DNA of 18,244 nucleotides from Myxococcota bacterium (lineage in GTDB: Bacteria > Myxococcota_A > Polyangia > Polyangiales > Sandaracinaceae). The stretch lies in NCBI GenBank assembly GCA_036149055.1, contig JAYZQJ010000214.1, positions 1 to 18,244 of the forward strand. The letters run 5' to 3'. A program made the position numbers and the translations under genes. Below the pieces are notes generated by a model. It was not told the origin of the DNA. It was given only the letters and a program-made list of their open reading frames with translations, and ran no database searches. This document shows positions 7,116-14,426 of this stretch, piece by piece (the stretch's first letter is position 1; each line of letters starts with the position of its first letter).

Positions 7116-8570
7116 TCAGGGCAGGCGGAGCGCCGGCCCGTCGCCCAGCCAGCCGCCCCAGGCGCGCGCGCCGTCGAACCGCGCCCAGGCTCCGGTGGCC
7201 GGGCTCACGAGGAGCCGCTCGCCGTCCACCGGCCGGGTCGCCTCGCCCACCTGCTGGCAGACTCCGTCGAGGCAGCCGCCCGGCACCCGGACCGTCACCC
7301 CGTCGACCTCGTAGCGGGTGTGGATGAGGCCGTCCGCGTCCTGCTCCACCGCCACCCGGTCGGCGTGGCCCTCGCGCGTGCCGACCTCGAAGGGCGCCCG
7401 GCGGCCCGGGTCCGCGCGCTCCCAGTCCACCGCCGCCGACGGCGCCGCGCGCCGCACCGCCTCGAGCGCCGCGAGCGCCTCGCCCGACACCGAGCCGTCG
7501 GCGTCGTCGGCCAGCCGCTCCATCACCCCGAGGTCGTCGCGGACCGGCGCGTTGGCGATCGCGCGCACCGCGGCGCGCCGCACCTCGGGCTCCTCGTCGT
7601 CGGCCGCCGCCGCCAGCATCGCCTCGCGCTCCACCACCGGACGGCTCAGCGCGGCGTAGGCGCGGGCGGCGCGCACCGCGACCGGCTCCGAGGCGCCCGA
7701 CGGGCCCGCGCCGGGGACCGAGAGCAAGAAGACCGCGCCCCCGAACATCAGCCCGGCCGCCGAGGCCGGCGCGCCGCGCGCCCCGCCGCGTCGCCGCGCG
7801 CCCTCCTCGTTGCGCCGCCGCCAGCTGAGCCAGCCGAGGAAGCCGATCGCGAGGGCCGCGAGCAGCCAGGGCAGCAGCCCGCGCTCGGTGCGGGCGGAGA
7901 CCCGGTTGCCGCTGCAGCCCGAGGCCGGGCCGAGCACCGCGTCGCGGTAGGCCTCGCCGATGCCCGCCGCGTCGTCCTCGGCGATCGAGCGCTGGTGGGT
8001 GTCGCCGCGCCCGATGCGCGGCCACATCGTCGCCATCGGATCGGCGTCGGTCTCGCCCAGGCCCAGCACGTGGCCGGCCTCGTGGCTCAGCAGCGCGCCG
8101 AGGTCGAAGTGCTCGCCCTCGTCGTCGTCGCCGTCGAGGAACGCCAGCTCGTGCTCGTCGCCGTTGAGCAGGATGTCGGCGTCGAGGATCTGGCCACTCG
8201 TGTCGTCGTAGCTGGTGACGGTCACCGCGAGCAGGCGGGGCGCGTGGGGCCACTCGCTCAGGAGCCGCACCTCGGTGCCCGGCGCGCCCGCGCGGTAGGG
8301 GCCGTCGCCCATGCCGGGCACGACCTCGAGCCGCGGCCCGCCGGCCTCCGACCACGCCTCCGCCGCGATGCGCGCCGCCTCGTGAGCGCGCGCCGCGTCG
8401 AGATCGCGCGTCACCGAGCGGTGCAGATGCACGCCCACCCGGTCCGCGCTCCACCGCACCCGCTTGCCGCCGCTCGTGCGCTTGACCACGTAGGCGCTCG
8501 CCGGGGAGGGCAGGGCGAGCGCGGCGAGCAGGGCGCAGGCCAGCGAGGGAGCGACGACCGACTTTCGCAT
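7116..8570 (-). CDS. Secreted matrixin/M10-like zinc metalloprotease with internal MYXO-CTERM-like anchor, HEAT-like repeats and a C-terminal beta domain
   Basis: ATG at 8570 with GAGGG upstream and a signal peptide ending ASA-Y. Catalytic-region motifs ILDADILLN, HEAGHVLGLGE and Met-turn ATMWP. These are followed by GCS...TM...WRRR, a second hydrophobic helix, EPEVRRAAVRAIA-type repeats and VRVPGGCLDGVCQQVG. Confidence 0.82.
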   Translation of the reverse strand: MRKSVVAPSLACALLAALALPSPASAYVVKRTSGGKRVRWSADRVGVHLHRSVTRDLDAARAHEAARIAAEAWSEAGGPRLEVVPGMGDGPYRAGAPGTEVRLLSEWPHAPRLLAVTVTSYDDTSGQILDADILLNGDEHELAFLDGDDDEGEHFDLGALLSHEAGHVLGLGETDADPMATMWPRIGRGDTHQRSIAEDDAAGIGEAYRDAVLGPASGCSGNRVSARTERGLLPWLLAALAIGFLGWLSWRRRNEEGARRRGGARGAPASAAGLMFGGAVFLLSVPGAGPSGASEPVAVRAARAYAALSRPVVEREAMLAAAADDEEPEVRRAAVRAIANAPVRDDLGVMERLADDADGSVSGEALAALEAVRRAAPSAAVDWERADPGRRAPFEVGTREGHADRVAVEQDADGLIHTRYEVDGVTVRVPGGCLDGVCQQVGEATRPVDGERLLVSPATGAWARFDGARAWGGWLGDGPALRLP

Positions 8571-8672
8571 GTCCGCCCTCAACGGACGTTTTCCGTCGAG
8601 ACTTGATGACCTGGCTCAAATCGAGACGCTGTTGCGGGCCTCGGGGCCGGTGCGCTATGCGGTCCGTCGCCG

Positions 8673-11276
8673 ATGCATCAGCGACACCTCTGCGCCCACG
8701 CCCACCGAACCCTCCACGCCGCGACCCGCGACACCGCCGGAGGAGGCCGCCCCTTCCGGCTGCCCGGTGACCGCGCGCAGTGGGGCCGGCCCCGCTCGTT
8801 CTCGCTCGACGCGCTCGCCCTCGACGTCACCCCCGACCTCGAGGCGAAGTCGATCGAGGCGACCGCGGAGCTGACGCTGCGCCGGGTGGATCCCGAGGCG
8901 CGCTGGGCCCATCTCGACGCGATCGCGTTCGAGCTGCTCGCGGTGGAGCGCATCGACGGCGACGCGCCGCGCTCGGCGGCCCACCGCTACGACGGCGAGG
9001 GGCTGCAGATCGATCTCAGCGACGTGCCCGACGGCGGCGAGGCGAAGGTCCGGGTCCACTACCGCGCGACCCCGCGGCGCGGCCTCTACTTCACCGCGCC
9101 CGACGCGGCCCGCCCGGATCGCCCGCGCCAGATCTGGAGCCAGTGTCAGGACCAGGACGGCCGCAACTGGTTCCCCTGCCAGGACCACCCGGGCCAGCGC
9201 ATGAAGACCGAGCTGTCGGTGGTGGTGCCGAAGGGCTGGTTCGCGCTCTCGAACGGCACGCTGGTGTCGCGCGAGGAGACGGACGACGGCGAGCGCTTCC
9301 ACTGGCGCCAGGACGATCCGCACCCGGCCTACCTCGTGACGCTGGCGGCGGGCGAGCTGGACGAGGCCCACGACGAGGTCTCGGGCATCCCCGTCGACTA
9401 CTACGTGCCGAAGGGCCACGCGGCGCACATCGAGCGCTCGCTCGGCAACACCCCGGAGATGATCCGGCTCTTCTCCGAGAAGCTCGGCACGCCGTACCCG
9501 TGGGTGAAGTACGCCCAGATCGTGGTGGCCGACTTCATCTTCGGCGGCATGGAGAACACGTCGGCCACGACGCTCTTCGAGCGGGCGCTCCTCGACGAGC
9601 GGGCCGCGCTCGACGTCGACATGGACGCGCTGGTCGCCCACGAGCTCGCCCACCAGTGGTTCGGCGACCTCGTCACCTGCCGCGACTGGAGCCACGCGTG
9701 GCTCAACGAGGGCTTCGCGACCTACCTCGAGCACGTCTGGAAAGAGCACGACGAGGGGCGCGACGCCTACCTCTACAACCTCGAGCAGGACCTCGAGCTC
9801 TACCTGGCCGAGCACCGCGGTCGCTACGGCCGCCCGGTGGTGGAGAAGGTCTGGGCGACGCCGATCGACGTCTTCGATCGCCACCTCTACCAGAAGGGCG
9901 GCCTCGTCCTGCACGTGATCCGGGAGCACCTCGGGGACGCCGCCTTCTGGCGCGGCCTCGCGCACTATCTGGAGCGTCACCGCGGCGGCAGCGTCGAGAC
10001 CCGGGATCTCCTCCGGGCGCTGGAGGCGGCGACCGGCCGGAGCCTCGAGGAGCTGTTCCACCAGTGGATCGAGCGCCCCGGCCACCCGGCGCTCGAGGTG
10101 TCGATCGAGCACGCCGACGGCGTGGTGCGGGTCACGGTGAAGCAGACCCAGGCGAGCGAGGACGACGAGGGGGCCTTCCACCTGCGCCTCCCGATCGCGA
10201 TCGTCACCGAGACCGGCACCGCGCACCACGCGCTCGAGCTGACCCGCAAGCTGGAGACCTTCGCGCTGCCGGCGAGCGAGCCCCCGACCATGGTCCTCGT
10301 CGACCCGCGCATGACGGCGCCGGGGACCCTCGAGCTGAAGGCGCCGGCCGGGATGCTCATCACCCAGCTGAAGGACGCCGAGTCGGCGCGCCCCCGCTGG
10401 TGCGCCGCGAGGGCGCTCGCCAAGCGGAACGAGCCCCGGGCCCGGGCCGCGCTCGCGGAGGCGCTGGCCTCGGATCCCTTCTGGGGCGTCCGGGCGGAGG
10501 CGGCCAAGGCGCTCGGCGAGCACCGGACCCGCGACGCGTTCGACGCGCTGGTGAAGGGGGAGGGCGACGCCGACCCCAAGGTGCGGCGCGCGGTGGCGAG
10601 CGCGCTCGGCGCGGTGCGGCAGGAGGGCGCGGCCGACCGGCTCCTCGCGTGGATGGACCGCGGCGACGAGAGCTACCTGGTGGAGGCGGCGCTCCGGCGC
10701 GCGCTCGGGGAGACCCGCGACTCGCGGGCCTTCGACCGGCTGAGCCGCTCGCTCCGCGAGGACACGGCGTCCTGGGGCCAGGTGGTCCAGTCGGGGGCCG
10801 CCGACGGCCTCGTGAAGCTGAAGGACCCCCGGGTCATCGAGCCCCTGCTCGCGACCCTCGCCGAGGTGACCACCCGGGCCACCGTGCGCCGGACGGTGCT
10901 CGCCGCGCTGGCCGAGGTCCCCGGCTTCGTCGGCGACCGGCCGACCCTGCGGGGGGTCCGTGAGGCGGCCGAGAAGGAGCTGGAGAGCTTCGACCCGAAC
11001 GTCCGGATCGCGGTGGCCCGCCTGATGGTGGCCCTGCGCGACCCGGCCGGCTTCGCGGTGCTCGACCGGCTCGTGGACCGCGACCTCGACGGCCGGGCCC
11101 GCCGGGCCGCGCGGGAGGCCAAGCGCGATCTCTCGTCCGCGCTCGAGACGCCCCCCGAGGTCGCCCAGCTCCGCGACGTCGTCGAGAAGCTCCGGCAGGA
11201 GGTCGTGGAGCTGCGCGCGCGCGTGGAGACGGTCGCGGCGGGCGGTTCGGACGGCTCGGGCGGGGCCCAGGGGTAG
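8673..11276 (+). CDS. pepN: M1 family aminopeptidase (aminopeptidase N-like) with C-terminal HEAT repeats and coiled coil
   Basis: GGMEN exopeptidase motif (9543-9557), HELAHQWFG...WLNEGFA zinc motif (HExxH-x18-E), WFPC and YQKGG. HEAT-type repeats (DPFWGVRAEAAKALG, DPKVRRAVASALG) and a heptad tail VAQLRDVVEKLRQEVVELRARV. Confidence 0.93.
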   Translation: MHQRHLCAHAHRTLHAATRDTAGGGRPFRLPGDRAQWGRPRSFSLDALALDVTPDLEAKSIEATAELTLRRVDPEARWAHLDAIAFELLAVERIDGDAPRSAAHRYDGEGLQIDLSDVPDGGEAKVRVHYRATPRRGLYFTAPDAARPDRPRQIWSQCQDQDGRNWFPCQDHPGQRMKTELSVVVPKGWFALSNGTLVSREETDDGERFHWRQDDPHPAYLVTLAAGELDEAHDEVSGIPVDYYVPKGHAAHIERSLGNTPEMIRLFSEKLGTPYPWVKYAQIVVADFIFGGMENTSATTLFERALLDERAALDVDMDALVAHELAHQWFGDLVTCRDWSHAWLNEGFATYLEHVWKEHDEGRDAYLYNLEQDLELYLAEHRGRYGRPVVEKVWATPIDVFDRHLYQKGGLVLHVIREHLGDAAFWRGLAHYLERHRGGSVETRDLLRALEAATGRSLEELFHQWIERPGHPALEVSIEHADGVVRVTVKQTQASEDDEGAFHLRLPIAIVTETGTAHHALELTRKLETFALPASEPPTMVLVDPRMTAPGTLELKAPAGMLITQLKDAESARPRWCAARALAKRNEPRARAALAEALASDPFWGVRAEAAKALGEHRTRDAFDALVKGEGDADPKVRRAVASALGAVRQEGAADRLLAWMDRGDESYLVEAALRRALGETRDSRAFDRLSRSLREDTASWGQVVQSGAADGLVKLKDPRVIEPLLATLAEVTTRATVRRTVLAALAEVPGFVGDRPTLRGVREAAEKELESFDPNVRIAVARLMVALRDPAGFAVLDRLVDRDLDGRARRAAREAKRDLSSALETPPEVAQLRDVVEKLRQEVVELRARVETVAAGGSDGSGGAQG

Positions 11277-11350
11277 ACCCCCCGGCGGCTGACCCTAGGT
11301 CTCGCGAGAAACGCCCGAAAATACAGGGTCAACGCGGCCCTCGGATGTGA

Positions 11351-11379
11351 TTGACACCCCTTGGACGACGAACTACAAC
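11351..11379 (+). promoter_or_regulatory. Sigma70-type promoter of the nuo operon
   Basis: Perfect -35 TTGACA (11351-11356), 17-bp spacer, -10 TACAAC (11374-11379), about 105 bp upstream of nuoA. Confidence 0.72.
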
Positions 11380-11483
11380 GCGGACGGATTCAGGGTCCGG
11401 ACGGGGCACCCGTCTGCCCTCCGTGACCCACACGTTGCCGCGGCCTCCCGGTCGCGGCGCCCGCGCAGGAGAGCCTCGACACC

Positions 11484-11843
11484 ATGCTTCCGGTCTATCT
11501 GCCGGTCCTGATCATGCTGGCCATCGCGGTGGTCGTGCCCGTTCTGATGTGGACGCTGAGCAGCGTGCTCGGTCCCAAGAACCCGACCCCCGAGAAGATG
11601 ATCCCGTACGAGTCGGGCTCGGAGTCGGACGGCGCGCGCCACGTCAGGCTGAGCGTCAAGTTCTATCTCACCGCGATCCTCTTCGTCGTCTTCGACATCG
11701 AGGCCGTGTTCCTCTACGCCTGGGCCGCTCGCTTCCGTGAGCTGGGCTGGTTCGGGCTGGTGGAGATGGTGCTCTTCATCGCGGTGCTCGTGATCACGCT
11801 GGTGTACGCGTGGCGGAAGGGAGCGCTCGAATGGGAACGGTGA
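11484..11843 (+). CDS. nuoA: NADH:quinone oxidoreductase subunit A
   Basis: 119 aa, three TM helices, PYESG, FYLTAILFVVFDIEAVFLYAWA and WRKGALEW. AGGAG RBS upstream. Confidence 0.97.
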   Translation: MLPVYLPVLIMLAIAVVVPVLMWTLSSVLGPKNPTPEKMIPYESGSESDGARHVRLSVKFYLTAILFVVFDIEAVFLYAWAARFRELGWFGLVEMVLFIAVLVITLVYAWRKGALEWER

Positions 11844-12493
11844 CCGGCAAGAGCCAGAAGATGCTCGGCGGCCTCGACGCCGGCTTCGTGACGACGCGGT
11901 TCGAGGACCTGCTCGCCTGGGCGCAGAAGTACTCGCTCTTCCAGTATCCCTTCGTCACCGCCTGCTGCGGGATGGAGTTCATGAGCGTGGCGGGCCCGAA
12001 GTACGACATGGCCCGCTTCGGCGCCGAGGCGCCGCGCTTCTCGCCGCGCCAGGCCGACCTGCTCTGGGTCGTCGGCACGATCAGCCAGCGGCAAGCCCCC
12101 GCGCTCAAGCGCATCTACGAGCAGATGGCGGACCCGAAGTGGGTGCTCGCCTTCGGCACGTGCGCGTCGTGCGGCGGCTTCTACGACAACTACACGACCG
12201 TCCCCGGGACGGACAAGATCATCCCGACCGACGTCTACGTGCCCGGCTGCCCGCCGCGCCCGGAGGCGGTCTTCGACGGGCTGATGCTCCTCCAGGAGAA
12301 GATCCAGACCGGCAAGAAGGGCCCGCTCGTGGTCCCGCCGCGGCACGTGCCGAAGCTCGCGCAGCTGCGCGCCAAGACCTCCACGGTCGAGCTCGGCAAG
12401 CAAGAGATGAAGCGCCTCGAGGCCGAGCGCGCCGAGCCCGCCCGCGCCCAGATCGAGGCCGGCGAAGAGAAGCGCGAGCCCCAGAAGCACTAG
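11831..12493 (+). CDS. nuoB: NADH:quinone oxidoreductase subunit B (N2 cluster), with charged C-terminal extension
   Basis: TACCGMEFM, SPRQADLL, PKWVLAFGTCA and DVYVPGCPPRPE. ATG at 11831 has a GGGAG RBS and overlaps the nuoA end by 13 bp, so it is preferred over the 11810 start in the ORF track. Confidence 0.97.
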   Translation: MGTVTGKSQKMLGGLDAGFVTTRFEDLLAWAQKYSLFQYPFVTACCGMEFMSVAGPKYDMARFGAEAPRFSPRQADLLWVVGTISQRQAPALKRIYEQMADPKWVLAFGTCASCGGFYDNYTTVPGTDKIIPTDVYVPGCPPRPEAVFDGLMLLQEKIQTGKKGPLVVPPRHVPKLAQLRAKTSTVELGKQEMKRLEAERAEPARAQIEAGEEKREPQKH

Positions 12494-12502
12494 AGGTCGT
12501 CG

Positions 12503-13177
12503 ATGAGCAAGAAGGTGATCAAGCGGCTCGAGAAGGAGCTCGGCGACAAGATCCTCGAGACCAGCGACTTCCGCGGTGACGACACCGCGATCGTCGGTCG
12601 CAAGGACTGGAAGGCGGTCGCGGAGCTGCTGAAGAACGACGCGGACCTGGCGATGGATCACTTCATCGACATCACCGCCGTCGACTACCCCGAGCGCGAG
12701 CCCGACGAGCCCCGCTTCGACGTGATCCTCCACGTCCGCTCGATGCAGAAGAACCACCGCGTGCGCATCAAGACCCGCGTGGGCGAGAACGAGGACGTCG
12801 CGAGCCTCGCGTCCGTCTGGCCGGGCGCCAACTGGGGCGAGCGCGAGATCTTCGACATGTTCGGCATCCGCTTCGCGGACCACCCGGATCTGCGCCGGAT
12901 CCTCATGTACGAGGAGTTCCAGGGCTACCCGCTCCGCAAGGACTACCCGATCACGAAGGCGCAGCCGCTCGTCCCGTACCGCGAGGTCGAGGGCATCGAG
13001 AAGCTGCCGCCGTTCGGGCCCGACGAGGGCCAGCCCTGGGGGCGGATCGACTGGCAGGCCCGCCTCGAGGACGAGGACTACCAGGTCTCGCCGGCCCTCG
13101 GCGTGCAGGTCGGCCAGCGGCCGATGCTCTCCAAGGGGCCCGAGACGGACACCGACGCCGCGGCGGGCGAGGAGTAG
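12503..13177 (+). CDS. nuoC: NADH:quinone oxidoreductase subunit C, with C-terminal extension
   Basis: DITAVDYP, WPGANWGEREIFDMFGIRFADHPDLRRIL and GYPLRKDYP. Confidence 0.96.
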   Translation: MSKKVIKRLEKELGDKILETSDFRGDDTAIVGRKDWKAVAELLKNDADLAMDHFIDITAVDYPEREPDEPRFDVILHVRSMQKNHRVRIKTRVGENEDVASLASVWPGANWGEREIFDMFGIRFADHPDLRRILMYEEFQGYPLRKDYPITKAQPLVPYREVEGIEKLPPFGPDEGQPWGRIDWQARLEDEDYQVSPALGVQVGQRPMLSKGPETDTDAAAGEE

Positions 13178-13180
13178 ACG

Positions 13181-14398
13181 ATGGAGCCGTACTACGAAGA
13201 GCTCGAAGACGAAGGCAGCCTGGAGCTGCCCTCGGAGCCGATGAAGCTCAACATGGGCCCGTCGCACCCCGCGATGCACGGGACCATCCGCATGGTGCTC
13301 GACCTCGACGGCGAGACCGTGATGGACGTGGACATCCAGCCCGGGTACCTGCACCGCGGCTTCGAGAAGAGCTGCGAGCGCGGCACCTGGAGCCAGGTGT
13401 TCCCGTACGCCGACCGGCTCAACTACGTCTCGCCGATGCTCAACAACGTGGGCTTCGCGCTCGCGGTGGAGAAGCTCGTCGGCCTCGAGGTGCCCGAGCG
13501 CTGCACCTACTACCGCACCGTGCTCGGCGAGCTGGCGCGCATCTGCGACCACCTCACCTGCAACGGCGCCACCGCCATGGAGCTCGGCGCGTTCACGCCG
13601 TTCCTCTGGCTGGTGAAGGTGCGCGACTGGATCTGGGACATCCTCGAGCAGGAGACCGGCGCCCGGCTCACCCACAGCTTCGGCCGCATCGGCGGGATGG
13701 CGAAGCCGCCCACCGATCAGCTCGAGGAGACGGTCCTCGCGATCTTCCCCGAGATCGACCACGCCATGATGGAGACCGAGGCGCTCCTCATGAAGAACCG
13801 GATCTTCCTGGACCGCACCCAGGGGGTCGGGAACCTCTCGCCCGAGCGCGCCATCGCGATGGGCTGCACCGGCCCGGTGCTCCGCTCGACCGGCGTCGAC
13901 TACGACGTCCGCAAGGCGAACCCGTACATGTTCTACGACCGGTTCGACTTCGACATCCCGGTCGGCCACGACGGCGACAACTACGATCGCTTCGTCTGCC
14001 GCTTCGAGGAGCTTCGTCAGTCGATGAAGATCATCCGGCAGGCGCTCGAGCAGATGCCCAAGTCCGGCCCGGTCAACTCGCCCGACATCCGCTACGTCTA
14101 CCCGGAGAAGGAAGACGTCTACAACTCGATCGAGGGCACCATCGCTCACTTCAAGCTGGTGATGGAGGGGCTCAAGCCCCCGCCCGGCGAGGTCTACAGC
14201 TTCACCGAGGGCGGCAACGGCGAGCTCGGGTTCTTCATCGTCTCCGACGGCTCCGGCACGCCCTACCGCGTCCGCTGCCGCCCGCCCTGCTGGTACAACC
14301 TGGCCGCCTGCAAGGAGATGCTCGTGGGCGACATGATCGCCGACATCATCCCCACCTTCGGTTCCATCAACATGATCGGCGGTGAGTGCGACCGCTGA
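13181..14398 (+). CDS. nuoD: NADH:quinone oxidoreductase subunit D
   Basis: LNMGPSHPAMHG, GYLHRGFEK, DRLNY, GPVLRSTG, GDNYDR, GELGF, PYRVRCRPP and C-terminal GECDR. Confidence 0.97.
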   Translation: MEPYYEELEDEGSLELPSEPMKLNMGPSHPAMHGTIRMVLDLDGETVMDVDIQPGYLHRGFEKSCERGTWSQVFPYADRLNYVSPMLNNVGFALAVEKLVGLEVPERCTYYRTVLGELARICDHLTCNGATAMELGAFTPFLWLVKVRDWIWDILEQETGARLTHSFGRIGGMAKPPTDQLEETVLAIFPEIDHAMMETEALLMKNRIFLDRTQGVGNLSPERAIAMGCTGPVLRSTGVDYDVRKANPYMFYDRFDFDIPVGHDGDNYDRFVCRFEELRQSMKIIRQALEQMPKSGPVNSPDIRYVYPEKEDVYNSIEGTIAHFKLVMEGLKPPPGEVYSFTEGGNGELGFFIVSDGSGTPYRVRCRPPCWYNLAACKEMLVGDMIADIIPTFGSINMIGGECDR

Positions 14399-14426
14399 GG
14401 TCGCCCTCTTCGTGAGACAGGAAGTC

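Noticed and set aside
8603..8619. TTGAT...CTCAA as an FNR-like site in the divergent protease spacer
   Set aside because: The spacing is 7 nt rather than the 4 nt of TTGAT-N4-ATCAA and the right half is imperfect.
11346..11361. TGTGA next to the nuo -35 as a CRP/Rex site
   Set aside because: Only a half site; there is no matching TCACA at the required distance.
13181..14398. Group 4 [NiFe]-hydrogenase large subunit
   Set aside because: Lacks both CxxC nickel-binding motifs and has complex I signatures in a nuo context.
14382..14426. Longer nuoG start given in the ORF track
   Set aside because: It overlaps nuoD. The ATG at 14427 has an RBS and begins the typical MPTFKLDG N-terminus.
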